The notes: generated by a model not told the origin, from the letters alone. Counted from the stretch's first letter, positions 49,353 through 61,207 are shown. The stretch: 64,000 bases of DNA from Thermodesulfobacteriota bacterium (GCA_965198945.1 CBDAQI010000012.1:83964-147963); one strand, 5' to 3'. Numbers and translations are program-made.

Positions 49353-49637
49353 ATGGGAAGATACATAATGCTCAGCTCTTTGACTGACGAAGGGCGCAAA
49401 ACGGTTAAAATGCGCCCCGAAAGAATCAAAGAGGTTAACAAGGAAATAGAGAAAATGGGGGCTAAGGTTATCGCTCAATACGCCGTGCTGGGTCTTTATG
49501 ACTTTGTAAACATTATTGAGGCTCCGGACAATGAAACAATAACAAGGATCTCAATTGAACTGGGTTCGCGGGGCACGGTTCAGCTTCTTACCCTCTCGGC
49601 AATCACGATTGACAGTCTTGAAGAGAAACTTTCATGA
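49353..49637 (+). CDS. GYD domain protein
   Basis: LGLYDFVNIIEAPD in a 94-aa protein. Confidence 0.8.
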   Translation: MGRYIMLSSLTDEGRKTVKMRPERIKEVNKEIEKMGAKVIAQYAVLGLYDFVNIIEAPDNETITRISIELGSRGTVQLLTLSAITIDSLEEKLS

Positions 49638-49659
49638 CGCCCCGCATTTGAAGCGTTTT

Positions 49660-51096
49660 TCAGAATCGCACCTGAAGTTCCGCGATAACGGTTTTTGCTA
49701 TGTTGTCGCCGTCGGCGCCCGAAAAGGGTATCTGCAAAGCCACGGAAGGGGATATGAAGTTGCCGAAGCGGATTCCCGAAGTGAAGTAAGCGTTATTCTC
49801 AGCTCCTTTTTTCAGTGAGAAAAACCTCTTGCCCAAAATCTCCGCCGACACTTTTGTCTTGATGCTAAGGGGAAGCCGCATACTGAGAGCGGCTCCGTAT
49901 TCCAGTATTGTTTCAGATTCGTCTCCCTCAAGGGCTTCGGCTTTTTTCATAAGAGTAAATCCCGCTTTTGTCTCAAGCGAGATAAATTTCAAATTCACAC
50001 CGGAACCGATAAACGGAGTGAAAGCGTAGGCATCATTGAGGTAAACGGGAAGCTCCCGTCTGTAGAGGGATTTTATCTTCTCAAGTCGTTTTACATTATC
50101 TTTATAGATTGTCGGCAGATGGGACTCGAATCCCAGAGAAACCCAGTATGAAGGCGTTTTGACAACCGCAATTTTCCCTCCGAGCTGGAAGTTGGAAAGC
50201 TCATATCCGTCTCCGGGCACTCCTCCCGGAAGGTTGTTGACTCCGGACTGATTGAATATCACATACAAGCTTTTCCGGTAGTCTAGCGTAGGCATCTCAG
50301 CCCTCAGATTGTAGATGATAATCTGCCCGCCGCCGTTTTTGAGTCCCGAAACCTCAATCCGGGCTCCGGCGTATCCTTCCGGCAGCGCTGATATGAAAGA
50401 GTGCGGGTCGGACTTTTCAATGGAGAGGTTTTTCCACGGAACATGTGATATGTCAAAACTCTGTGTGTATTCAAAACTGCCCTGAAGCGGATTTATCAGC
50501 GCGACTCTCCTGTCATTCACAAAGTTTCTCATCGGGTTTGCCAGATGGGCGAGGACGGTGGTTACGGGATGTTCAAATTTGATCAGAAAATCCGATATGT
50601 TTTCCGCCGCAAAGCCAACCGCGGTGCCGAACACGGGAGTGGAAATAAGATCGGGCAGAGAAGGGGTCTCAACAAGACCCTCAACCGTGTATTCAAAAAT
50701 GGCGCTTTGAAAAGCCGAACCGAAAGCGGAGCCCCAGAATCCGTATCCCATCTCCCGGTAATAAAGATAGGAAATATAGCCCGCGAACGGGTGCACAATA
50801 TAGTTTGTGAAAAACTCATCCCCGTCATCACTTTCCGGCTTTTTTGTTATGTTGTCCCACCATTTGGACAGCGATGTGTCGTATATCCTTTCATTTTTGT
50901 TACGCACATAGAAAAACCTGAAAGCCCATATTGAGCCGTAATAGATGCCGCTGTCTTTCAAAAACTGACTGCTTAATACTTTTTTCGTCTCTGCGGGCGG
51001 TGTCTCCGTCTCCGCCGCGGCTCCGGGGGAAAGCACGGCTGCGAGTCCGAAAAACAAGGCGGCGGCGAAAAATGATTTTCTTTTTCCGGAAACCAT
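49660..51096 (-). CDS. Probable outer membrane protein, DUF3943-like
   Basis: Signal peptide, DGDEFFTNYIVHPFAG, FEYTVE, PSLPDL and a terminal Phe. Confidence 0.65.
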   Translation of the reverse strand: MVSGKRKSFFAAALFFGLAAVLSPGAAAETETPPAETKKVLSSQFLKDSGIYYGSIWAFRFFYVRNKNERIYDTSLSKWWDNITKKPESDDGDEFFTNYIVHPFAGYISYLYYREMGYGFWGSAFGSAFQSAIFEYTVEGLVETPSLPDLISTPVFGTAVGFAAENISDFLIKFEHPVTTVLAHLANPMRNFVNDRRVALINPLQGSFEYTQSFDISHVPWKNLSIEKSDPHSFISALPEGYAGARIEVSGLKNGGGQIIIYNLRAEMPTLDYRKSLYVIFNQSGVNNLPGGVPGDGYELSNFQLGGKIAVVKTPSYWVSLGFESHLPTIYKDNVKRLEKIKSLYRRELPVYLNDAYAFTPFIGSGVNLKFISLETKAGFTLMKKAEALEGDESETILEYGAALSMRLPLSIKTKVSAEILGKRFFSLKKGAENNAYFTSGIRFGNFISPSVALQIPFSGADGDNIAKTVIAELQVRF

Positions 51097-51097
51097 C

Positions 51098-52276
51098 TCA
51101 GTTTTCCAAACCTTGTTTTTGCCGCCGTTTCTCATAAACAAAAGAAAGGATTTTTGAAACTCTTTTTTCCCATGTGTATTCACGGACTTTTTCGCGGGAG
51201 CGTCTGGCGATTCTGCGCGAAAAATCAGGGTCATCAAGACAGCGGCGAACCGCCTTTGCAAAACCCGCAAAGTCTCCGGGGGCGGCCATCACTGAGTCTT
51301 GCCCGTCTTTCAGTATTTCAAGCACTGTGGGAATCGCCGTTGCCGCTATCGGTTTTGCCGCCGCCATATATTCAAAAAGTTTTATCGGAGAAGTAAAATC
51401 TGCGGCTCTGGTTCCCCCTTTTATTGTTATGCATTTCGTATAAGGAAGAGCGAGAACATCAGAAGCAAGCAGATAAAGAGGGACTTCTGAGTGCGGGACA
51501 AAACCTTTTACCAAAAAGTTATCAAGACCTTTTTCCCGTGCCGCCTCAATATGGGGCGCATTGTCACCTTCTCTTCCTCCCACCACAAGAAAAAGCGCAT
51601 CTCTCATTTCAGCGGCAAGCTCAACAAGGGTTTCAATTCCTCTGCCCGGATATGTGTTGCCGCAATAGCACACAATTTTTTTATCCGCAGGAAGGTTCAG
51701 CTGTTTTCTGATCTCCGTGCGGGGCGGCCGGTTTTCAAAATCTCCGGTTGCGGCTCCGTTGTGAGCCACAACGGTTTTGCCGTCATCAAGTCCGCCCCGG
51801 AGGTATATCTTGCGCAGTCCGTCGCTGTTGAATGAGACGGCGTCAAGGAATGCCGAATTTTGAAAAGATTGAAAAAGCAGTCTTGCGGCGCGGTTCACCG
51901 GAGGGTGATGGGCGTCATAAACGGTTGAAATGCCTGACTTTATCAAAATGGAGGCGCAGATCAGGTTCCGGGTCAAAACAAAGTCAAAATTCTTTCTGTT
52001 TAATAAAGCGTAGAGAGCGGAGCAGATGCCGTGAGCAATTTGCCTTCCCGTGTATTTTGTGAGCGGGAGGGATTTGAGTTTGAACGGTTTTCGCACTCCG
52101 TAGTATTCAAAAATGTCCTTTTTGGCAAAACGCCCCGGAAAGACGGCTTCAAAATCAATCCCCAGTTTGTCAAGAGCTTTGCACATCTCAACGGCATGAA
52201 CTCCGTAAGCGCCTTCTGAGAAAAGTTCGGGGCTGGCTATGTAGCAAACCCGGTCTGAATTTGAAGTTTCGCGCAT
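51098..52276 (-). CDS. Glycosyltransferase family 4
   Basis: SPIKLFEYMAAAKPI motif and terminal YTWEKR. Confidence 0.88.
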   Translation of the reverse strand: MRETSNSDRVCYIASPELFSEGAYGVHAVEMCKALDKLGIDFEAVFPGRFAKKDIFEYYGVRKPFKLKSLPLTKYTGRQIAHGICSALYALLNRKNFDFVLTRNLICASILIKSGISTVYDAHHPPVNRAARLLFQSFQNSAFLDAVSFNSDGLRKIYLRGGLDDGKTVVAHNGAATGDFENRPPRTEIRKQLNLPADKKIVCYCGNTYPGRGIETLVELAAEMRDALFLVVGGREGDNAPHIEAAREKGLDNFLVKGFVPHSEVPLYLLASDVLALPYTKCITIKGGTRAADFTSPIKLFEYMAAAKPIAATAIPTVLEILKDGQDSVMAAPGDFAGFAKAVRRCLDDPDFSRRIARRSREKVREYTWEKRVSKILSFVYEKRRQKQGLEN

Positions 52277-52376
52277 TGAATGAAAAGGATGGAAAAATTG
52301 GCGCCTCTTGGATTTTACCGCTATAATCAAAAGCGGTCAAACCGTCTTTAGGGTCGGACAGTCCCCTTTCTGCCAG

Positions 52377-53666
52377 ATGTCAAAAACCGGCGTTAAATCC
52401 ATCAAAGGCTTTGTTGATATTCTTCCCGAACGCGGGCTTTTATGGAATTTTATTGAACGGACCGCAGCGAGGGTGTTTGAGCTTTACGGTTTTTCTCAAA
52501 TAAGAACGCCCGTTCTTGAATTCACCGGTCTTTACTCAAGGGGGGTAGGAGAATCAACCGATATTGTGGAAAAAGAGATGTATTCTTTCCGCGACAGAGA
52601 CGGGTCTGAAATCACACTCCGCCCTGAGGGAACGGCCGGAGTTGCGAGAGCTTTTATTGAAAACTCTCTGCACAAATCCGCCCGTGTTCACAAACTTTAC
52701 TATTCGGGTGAGATGTTCAGGCATGAGAGGCCGCAGAAGGGAAGGATGAGGGAATTTCATCAGATAGGAGCCGAATTTTTCGGTTCCGACTCCGCTTCGG
52801 CCGATTCCGAGGTTATTGCGATGCTGTGGCATTTTTTCACCGAGGCGGGCATTGCGGAGGGTCTGGAGCTGGAAATAAACTCCATGGGAACCCCCGATGA
52901 CAGAAACAGTTTCATGAAGGCTTTAACCGAGTTTCTGGAGCCCGTTTCGGACAAACTGTGCGGTGACTGCCTGAAAAGAGTGCGAAAAAATCCGCTCAGG
53001 GTTATTGACTGCAAAAAAAGTGAATGCTCGGAGGCGCTGGAAGGCGCTCCGTCAATAGCCAGATTTCTTTCCCCTGAGAGCAGTCTCCATTTTGACGAAG
53101 TCAAAAAGCGGCTCCGTGCTCTGTCGGTTCCGTTCACCGTGAATGAAAAAACGGTCAGAGGACTTGACTACTACACGCGCACGGTTTTTGAGGTGAAAGC
53201 CCGTGAGGGTCTCGGTGCGCAAAACACTGTTGCCGCGGGAGGCAGGTATGATTTGCTGGTTGAGACTCTCGGAGGCTCGCCGACTCCGGCGACGGGGTTT
53301 GCAATCGGGGTTGAGAGGGCGGCCCTTTTGCTTGAAAAAGCCCGGTCGGTGCCCGCGGCTCACGAAGCGGAGGTTTTTGTGGGCTGGCTTGGCAGCGAGG
53401 GTTTTGATGTCGCGTTTGCGCTGTCAGCCGGTTTGAGAAAGCTCGGCGTTAAAGCATGGGTTGAACACTCTGAATCCTCAATCAGAAGCCAGATGAAGAA
53501 GGCGGACAAAATGGGGTCGCCGTTTATGGCGATTGTAGGCCCGGATGAGGCCGGTAAAGGGCTTGTTAAAATCAGAAATATGAAAACCGGAGAGGAAAAA
53601 AATCTGCCTTCCGCGGGAGCCGCGGATGAGATTTCCAAGTTTGCGGAGTTCGCCGCCGGAGTTTGA
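52377..53666 (+). CDS. hisS: Histidine--tRNA ligase
   Basis: Motifs LRPEGTA, FRHERPQKGR, RGLDYY and GGRYD. Confidence 0.98.
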   Translation: MSKTGVKSIKGFVDILPERGLLWNFIERTAARVFELYGFSQIRTPVLEFTGLYSRGVGESTDIVEKEMYSFRDRDGSEITLRPEGTAGVARAFIENSLHKSARVHKLYYSGEMFRHERPQKGRMREFHQIGAEFFGSDSASADSEVIAMLWHFFTEAGIAEGLELEINSMGTPDDRNSFMKALTEFLEPVSDKLCGDCLKRVRKNPLRVIDCKKSECSEALEGAPSIARFLSPESSLHFDEVKKRLRALSVPFTVNEKTVRGLDYYTRTVFEVKAREGLGAQNTVAAGGRYDLLVETLGGSPTPATGFAIGVERAALLLEKARSVPAAHEAEVFVGWLGSEGFDVAFALSAGLRKLGVKAWVEHSESSIRSQMKKADKMGSPFMAIVGPDEAGKGLVKIRNMKTGEEKNLPSAGAADEISKFAEFAAGV

Positions 53667-54943
53667 AAATGCCTTTCAGAAACATTCATTACGGCTGGAT
53701 TATTGTTGTCGCGGCATTCTTTCTCATATTTCTTGACGGCCTTCTTCTCTATACCTTTGGCGTTTTCAAACCGTATTTGAGCGAAACGGTGCGTCTTACG
53801 GAGACGGCTGTCGCGTCAATTTTTTCTCTGCGCTGCGTTACCCTTGCCATATCAATGCCGATTGCCGGCAAGCTTGCCGAAAAATACAGACCCAGATACC
53901 TGATTGTTGCCGGCGGGGTGATTGCGTCTCTCGGTGTTTTTCTTTCCGGATACGCTGACAGCCTTTTTGAACTCTATTTTTACTACGGTTTTATGGTGGG
54001 TCTCGGAGACGGCGCGTTTTACACTCTTCCGGTGGCAATAATAAGCAGGTGGTTCAAAAAGAACAGGGCGCTTGCAATCGGCATAGCCACAACCGGCCTG
54101 CCCGTAAGCGGTTTTGTTCTCTCGCCTTTGAGCGCATGGCTGATTCATTCCTTTGGCCTGAGGGAAGCCTTTTTTGTGGTGGCGGCGATGATAATGGCCA
54201 TCTCGCTCTGCGGGCTTCTTTTAAGAAAAGATCCCGCTGAAATGCGACAGGTTCCGGTCGGGGGGAACTCAGGAGGCGCCGCGCCGGACCTTGACGCCGG
54301 AAGCACAAGAGCGATGGACGCGATTCGCCACCGTGATTTCTGGATACTGTATTTTGTTTTCTGGGCGGGTTTTAATACATTCCTTATAGTGGTTATAAAC
54401 CTGTATCATTTTTCACTGGACTCCGGGCTTGGTTCTTATACGGCGCTCAACTTCGGTTTGTTTTCAATGAAAACCACAAAGGCGGCGATTCCTCCGGCTT
54501 TAATTGGTGTGGGCAGTGTTTTCGGGCGAATATTCTTTTCGGGATATGTGCTGAGGTTTTTTCAGGAAAAAAGGGTTTTGCTAATCTGTTACGCTTTTCA
54601 GGCGGCGTCGGTTCTGCTGGTTCTCTTTTTTGCAGCCGAATGGGCGTTTTATCTTTTCGGATTTCTTTTCGGATTTTTCTACAGCGGGTGGGTTCCAATC
54701 TTCCCGATAGTTCTCGGAAATCTCTATGGGCTGAAAGAACTCGGAGCCATATTCGGATTTTTCGGCAGCGGTTTTTCTCTTGCCGCATTCACCGGGCCAA
54801 TAACCGCCGGACTGCTTCGCGACAGTCTCGGGGGCTATGTCCCCATGTTTGTGGCGGCGGTTGTTTTCTGTCTGTTCGCCGCAGCGATGACTTTTCTTAT
54901 AAGACCGGTTCCTCAGAAAAACCCTATGGGGGAGGGCGCATAG
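53663..54943 (+). CDS. MFS transporter (monocarboxylate/OFA-like)
   Basis: HYGWIIV and WFKKNRALAIG motifs; about 12 transmembrane segments. Confidence 0.85.
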   Translation: MKMPFRNIHYGWIIVVAAFFLIFLDGLLLYTFGVFKPYLSETVRLTETAVASIFSLRCVTLAISMPIAGKLAEKYRPRYLIVAGGVIASLGVFLSGYADSLFELYFYYGFMVGLGDGAFYTLPVAIISRWFKKNRALAIGIATTGLPVSGFVLSPLSAWLIHSFGLREAFFVVAAMIMAISLCGLLLRKDPAEMRQVPVGGNSGGAAPDLDAGSTRAMDAIRHRDFWILYFVFWAGFNTFLIVVINLYHFSLDSGLGSYTALNFGLFSMKTTKAAIPPALIGVGSVFGRIFFSGYVLRFFQEKRVLLICYAFQAASVLLVLFFAAEWAFYLFGFLFGFFYSGWVPIFPIVLGNLYGLKELGAIFGFFGSGFSLAAFTGPITAGLLRDSLGGYVPMFVAAVVFCLFAAAMTFLIRPVPQKNPMGEGA

Positions 54944-54944
54944 C

Positions 54945-55193
54945 ATGTTCGGCATAGGTCTCGGAGAGATGCTTGTCGTGTGTTTGGTGGGGCTCTTTTT
55001 TTTCGGTCCCGATGATTTTGTTAAACTTGCGCGCTTCGCGGCGAGGGGTTTGAGAGAGTTCAGGGTTTTCAAACAGGAGATAAAAGACGGTCTGGAAAAA
55101 TTTGACGGTTCTCCGCCGCACACCTCTTCACGCCTTAACCGCGAGGGCGGTGGCCCGCCATTTGAAAGCGGCAAACAGAAAGAAAACATTTAG
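54945..55193 (+). CDS. TatA/TatB family translocase subunit
   Basis: MFGIGLGEM, a transmembrane helix, FGP hinge and an amphipathic helix. Confidence 0.8.
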   Translation: MFGIGLGEMLVVCLVGLFFFGPDDFVKLARFAARGLREFRVFKQEIKDGLEKFDGSPPHTSSRLNREGGGPPFESGKQKENI

Positions 55194-55246
55194 CGGGGGC
55201 CGCTCAACCGATCGCAGTTACAAGCAAGCTCGAAGCTTTCAAACCT

Positions 55247-58200
55247 CTAAAAGTTCAAATTCAAGCTTCCGCCGCCTTGTTTTGAGTCTGCGGAGTCAAA
55301 ACCGGAGAATCCAAACCTTCCGGTAACAAAGACGGCAATTTTTTCAGTCTCGGCAACTTTTACCCCGATTCCTGTGGCAAAAGCCGTTTCGCTATCCGAG
55401 TATCCGACTCCCGCTGAAACTGAAAATCTCTTGTCGCCATGCGAAAGCAGGTTGAGAGATGAAAGTGCCGAAGATACTGCAAGTCCTCGTTTAATTTTTG
55501 TGTCCAGCGCGCTGATTTTCCCTTCCGTGCTCTGAACACTTTTTTGGAGGTCTTCCTGCAATTGCGTAACATCGTCTTGAATCTCCTTAACGCTGCTTCG
55601 AATTTCTGTAACACTGCTTTCAATTCGGTTGACTTTGGTGTCAAATCCGGGGGCAATGACGTACTGCCCGTCTTCAATCGGATCCCCCTCCGCTATTATC
55701 ATCAGTGATTGAAGCGCCATAAGTTCTCCGTTTTTCTTTACACCAACAAGCCTTTCTTCGTCCTCCGGCGCGTCGGGTGATGTGTCGGCAAGAGGCTGCA
55801 CAACAACTTTTTGGTTTGTGTCGCCGATAATCACCTGATTCTCCTCGGTTGTGGAAACTCCCGAACCTATCGCTATTGAGTTTTCATGCATCGCGGTTGT
55901 TTTCTGGCCTATTGCCACCGCCTTTAATTGAATCGCCGCGGAATTCTGCCCGATTGCCACGGCTGCTCTGCAGCCCGGTATTTTCGTTCCGTCTTCTTCG
56001 GCACAGGCCCCTTGCCCCCTTCGCCTATCGCAACACTGTGTGAACCGTTGACATGAGTGTTGTCTCCTATGGCGATGCTGTGATCCGCTCCGACAATGCT
56101 TCTTCTTCCTATTGCCGTGTCTCTGGGCCCGACGACTCTTGCGCCATCGCCGATTTGGACTTGAGATCTCGCACCACCACCATTACTTGTAAGTCCTTGC
56201 TGCTGTAGTTCTTCTATCGCTTCCCAAACTGTGCCTTGATGTTCATCATCTCTTTCACCAACCGATGAAATGATTTCTCTCTCTTCGTTTGTCAAAGCCT
56301 CTGCCTCATCCAATAAACCTCTTCGGAGAGCTGCCTGTGCCTCGGGGCTTATGTCTTGAAGAGTAATAGTTCCATCCAATATCTTTTCGTTTGTTACCGA
56401 ATCGTTTGCCAGCGCCTGTCTTCCAACGGTGCCCGCCTGCAGGAAGCTGCCCGGCAGTCCGCCCGCCCGCAGATAGTCCCAGACTGTTTGTCCAACACCA
56501 CCGGGTCTGGTTCCTAGTGTTGCCACTGATGTGGCTTGCTCGCGGGACAACAGAGACTCATTTGCAAAAGCGGTTTTAACCTCATCTGATATGTCCGCAA
56601 GGGTTATGGTTTGATCCACTATTTTTGCGCTTGTTATACTGTCATTTTCCAGTTTGTCTCCGGTCACACTTGCGTCAACCAGAAAGCTCCCTGGCAGGTC
56701 GGTTGCGCGGGTCAATTCTCCCGATGCGTCCACGCTGACAAGACCTTCGCCGCCGCCACCGGCGGCAAGGGATGGAACGAAAACTCTATGAGCGGTCGTT
56801 CCGAGAACTATCTGGTTATCCAGTGTCGCTTTCGCACTCGCACCCAAAGCCACCGAGCTGGTTCCGGATGCATTTGCCTGCGCACCCACAGCCGTTGACG
56901 CTTCACCGGACGCCAAAGCCTGCTCACCCAAGGCGGTTGATTGTATACCGGAAGCGTTGGCTCCCTCTCCAATCGCAACAGATCCCGTGTTTGCAAAAGC
57001 TTCGGTGTCAGACATATTGGCTATTTTTATAAACCTTGCAAACTGGGCCGTTGTAACGCCGCCTCCGCTCCCTCCGCCACTTCCAAGCGCCTGCCTTGCC
57101 GCAAGCGAAATATCCCTAAGTTCTATGGTCTCATCCGCTATCTTCTCACTCGTTACGGCATCGTCCGAAAGCTTGGGACCTGTTACTGCACCGTCTGCAA
57201 TCACACGAGTGATTACAGCACCATCTGCCAGATAGCCGCTTGAGAGCCGGTTTATGCGGCTGAGGTCGCCTTCAGCTTCCACACTCACAAGACCGTCTCC
57301 GGAACCGTCAGAAAGATGCGGAACTCTAACCCTGTGGTCTGATGTACCGAGAACTATCTGATTATCCTGTGTCGCTTGAGCGCCCGCGCCTATTGCTATT
57401 GAATTATCAGCAATCGCAGCGGCTCTGTGCCCCAGAGCCGTTGAATTAATTCCACTCGCTCGCGCAAATGAACCCACGGCCGCTGAATTGGAAGCAGTCG
57501 CTTGTGCTGCCACCCCCAGAGCCGTTGAGTTGGAAGCGCCCGCGTTTGCACTTGCTCCCACGGCCGTTGAATGGGCCGCAGTCGCTCGCGCTCCCGCGCC
57601 CAGAGCCGTTGACTTCATAGAGTTCGCTTCTGCACTCCGGCCAAAAGCCGATGAGTTTTCCGCAGCCGCATTCGCAGAAAAACCCACTGCCGTTGCAACT
57701 TTTCCACTTGCCTTTGCCCTTGCGCCAAGAGCCATGCTGTCAATTCCTTCTGCTCTCGCAAGTTGGCCGAAGGCGGACGCATTTTGGGCCCGTGCACTCG
57801 TGTAGCTGCCCACAGCTGTTGAACTTTTGCCGTCCGCGACTGTGGCGAAACCCAAAGCTATCGCTTCGTCCCCGCGCGCACGTGTGCCTTCTACACCTAA
57901 AACGGTTGATCTGTTTCCGGCCGCCTCCGCCTGAAAGCCTAAAGCTATTGCCGAATCTCCCCTCGCAGAAACGCCACTGCCTATGGCCGTGGAGTGTTCC
58001 CCTTCCGCATTGGCGGAGAATCCAATAGCAGTTGCTCTGAAATTTGATGCGTTTGCACTGTCACCCAAAGCGGTTGAGCTTTCAGCAGTCGCTCTTGTTT
58101 CAGTTCCCACAGCAGTTGATTTTTCTCCGATTGCATTTGCATCCGCGCCTAATGCGGTTGATTCTTCCCCTCTCGCTTTTGCATCAATGCCCACAGCAAT

Positions 58201-60783
58201 TGAATAATGGCCTCTCGCTTTTGATGACGAACCTATGGCTATTGCATCATCTCCGGACGCTGATGCGTCTACTCTCACATCTTCTTCATCAGTGTTGATT
58301 TTTATAAATCTTGCAAGTGGTGAAGCCTGAAGTTCCTCCTTTGCCATCTGTGAAATGTCGGCAAGCTCTATGGTGCCGTCTAATATTTTTTCGCTTGTTA
58401 CCGAATCGGTTGCCAGCGCCTGTCTTCCAACCGTGCCCGCCTGCAGGAAACTGCCCGGCAGACTGTCCGCCTGCAGATAGTCCCAGACTGTTTGCCCGGC
58501 AGAAGCACCGGGTCTGGTTCCGAGGGTTGCCACTGATGTAGCTTCATCGCGGGACAACAGAGACTCATTTGCAAAAGCGGTTTTAACCTCCTCTGATATG
58601 TCCGCAAGGGCTATGGTTCTGTCTTCTATCTTTGCGCTTGTTACGGAACTGTCTGCCAGTTTATCTTCTGTCACGGCGAGGTCCCGGATTTTATCCGTGG
58701 ATACACTGTCCGCCGCCAGTTTGGGTTCTGTCACGGCGTCATTTTCCAGATAGTCGCTTGAGAGCTGGTTTACGCGGTCGAGGTCGCCTTCAGCATCCAC
58801 ACTCACAAGACCTCTTCCGACGCCGGAAAGGTGAGGAACTCTAACCCTGTGGTCTGCCGTTCCGAGAACTATCTGATTGTCCATTGTCGCTTCCGCGCCC
58901 ACGCCCAGAGCAACTGAACTGGCCCCGGAGGCATTTGCGCCCGTTCCCAGAGCCAGGCTGTCAATTCCGGTCGCCTGTGCGACCCGGCCGAAAGCCGATG
59001 CATTTTGAGCGGCCGCATTTGTAAAAACACCCACGGCCGTTGCCGCCACACCGACCGCATTCGCGGTGGCTCCCACTGCCGTTGCCGCCTGGGCGGTTGC
59101 AAGAGATCCCTGACCCAAGGCTGTTGTGCTTAACTGGGTGGCTGCCGCCTTGGCTCCCAGGGCGGTGGCCGCCTGTCCGTATGCATTTGCGCCCGCGCCC
59201 ACCGCTGTTGCGCTTTGGGCTTTTGCATTTGCGCCCGCGCCCAGAGCCGTTGCGCTTGCAGCAGTTGCATTTGCCAGCACACCCACCGCCGTTGCACTTT
59301 GAGCAGTTGCATTTGCAAGAAATCCCACCGCCGTTGCAGCGTCGGCGCTTGCCTGAGCCGAGTCGCCCACCGCCGTTGCGCTTTCACCTGACGCCACAGA
59401 GCTTTTCCCTACCGCCGTTGCGCTTAAACTGGATGCTTCTGCGGCGCCTCCCAGCGCTGTTGAACTTCTGCCGGAAGCGTTTGCCAGCACACCCATGCTT
59501 ATGGCAGAATTGGCCAGAGCGGTCGCTTCATAACCCACGGCGGCTGAATTTATACCCGCCGCGTTTGCCGCTTCTCCTATTGCAATAGACCTCGTGTTTG
59601 CGAACGCTTCGGTGTCTGATGCGTTGGATATTTTTATAAATCTCGCAAACGGAATTTTATCTAATACGCCCTGTTGCTGAAGAAAACTGCCGGGAATTCC
59701 ATCTGTTCTCAGATAGCCCCAAACCGTTCCGGTTTCACCTACCGGTCTGGTTCCAATGGTTCTCACTGATGCAAGTTCAGCGGGAGTCAGCTCCGGCGCA
59801 TTTGAAAAGGCGGCCTTGACATCATCGGAGATGTCAACAAGCGCTATGGTTTTGTCAACTATTTTTACGCTTGTTACGGATCTGTCCGCCAGTTTTGCTT
59901 CTGTCACGGCGAAATTTTGAATTTTTCCTGTGGATACACTTCCGGTTGCAAGCGCGCGTGTGGAGACGGACATGTCTCCGAGTTTTGTTTCAGTCACGCT
60001 GCCGGCCATAATCGCGCGTTCCGTCACACTGTCATTGGCAAGCTTCGGCCCGGTCACGCTTCTGGCGGCCAGGTATTTGCTTGTCAACTGTTCTAATCTG
60101 GTAAGCCGTCCCTCGCTGCTTAAGCCCACAAGCCCGTCATCTGTGCCCGAATTGTCTCTGAGATTCGGAACCAGAACTGTGTGAGTGGCCGTTCCGAGTA
60201 CTATCTGGTCGTCCGCGGTCGTCCGCGCGCCGTAGCCGATTGCCACTGAACGCAGATGGGAAGCGGAAGCGTTTCGTCCAATCGCTACGGCGCCAAGACT
60301 TGTAGCGCTTGCGTTGAATCCGAGCGCCACCGCATGATCGGCCGAAGTGGTTGAATGTGTTCCCACGGACACACTGTCAGCGCCGTAGCCGTTTGCTCCC
60401 TCACCGAGAGCCGTTGAATGGTCTCCTGCCGCACGCGCGCCGCGACCAAGAGCCGTTGAGTCTTCTCCGGAGGCGTGGGCAGACTCGCCCACAGCCGTTG
60501 CTCTGGCGGCTGCTGCCTGAGCAAGCCTTCCCACGGCAGTTGCAGAATCTCTACTGGCTAAGGCTTGGAAACCGATGGCAGTTGTCCGAGTATTTTCCGC
60601 TCTCGCCCCCCTACCCAGGCATAGCGCCTCAATGTTATGCACTTGACATGTTACAACATTATTAGGCTGTTGCTGCCGAAGTTGCCCCTCCGCGCTGTTT
60701 GCGGAAAACAAAACCGCAAATAAAAAGATTGAGAGCGGTCGGAAAAGTTTTTTTTGAATATTGATATTATGAGATTCAATCAT
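55247..60783 (-). CDS. Giant YadA-family trimeric autotransporter adhesin, frameshifted near 56010 as sequenced (about 1844 aa if rejoined)
   Basis: GGAG RBS before ATG 60783, signal peptide, many 14-aa AxAxG head repeats and neck motifs. ORF 55247-55960 supplies the coiled coil and beta-barrel anchor ending in Phe. Confidence 0.9.
56378..58644. repeat. Internal direct duplication in the adhesin (about 56378-56636 and 58382-58644)
   Basis: The two ~260-bp blocks align with few mismatches; both encode VKTAFANESLLSR...QTVWDYL...LPGSFLQAGTVGRQALA. Confidence 0.85.
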
Positions 60784-61140
60784 AAAAATACTCCTTTGTT
60801 TCAAGCCAATCCAAAATGTAATCAAATTCAGTAAACACAGGTGATTTTAATTACTTTATTCTGCTATTGAAATAGTTAATTTAGTAAGTTAGCCGTCTTA
60901 TTAATTGTTGCCGTCTGTCCTCTCTGATACGTTTTCGCCTTGTCTTTCCCATGCCACCCCATTTCAAACGGCGGAAAAAACCGGAAGGAACAGAGTTGTC
61001 ATTATAAGGCACGGAACTGAAAGTTGAAAACGGCTTTAGCCTGATACGGCCCGCCGGGCGCGTCGGCGATCAAATTCCTCACTTTTTATCACCATCCTCT
61101 CCCTGAGTAATCATTGCTCAGTGCAGACAGTATCGCTTCC

Positions 61141-61207
61141 CGTCATTTTCGCATAAGCTTGTCTCCATGAAAGCATGTCCCCATGAAAATGGGGATGGGG
61201 GTGGGAA
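61141..61207. repeat. Triply nested REP-like palindrome
   Basis: CGTCATTTTCGCATAAGC[TTGTCTCCATGAAAGC[ATGTCCCCATGAAAATGGGG]ATGGGG]GTGGGAA. Confidence 0.7.

Noticed and set aside
60889..60920. GCCGTCT twice upstream of the adhesin, similar to the Neisseria DNA uptake sequence
   Set aside because: Neither copy is the full GCCGTCTGAA and the motif is not visibly enriched in the window. At most a weak direct-repeat operator.
60830..61140. Riboswitch or 6S-like RNA upstream of the adhesin
   Set aside because: I could not match a c-di-GMP, 6S or other consensus by eye; an Infernal search would be needed.
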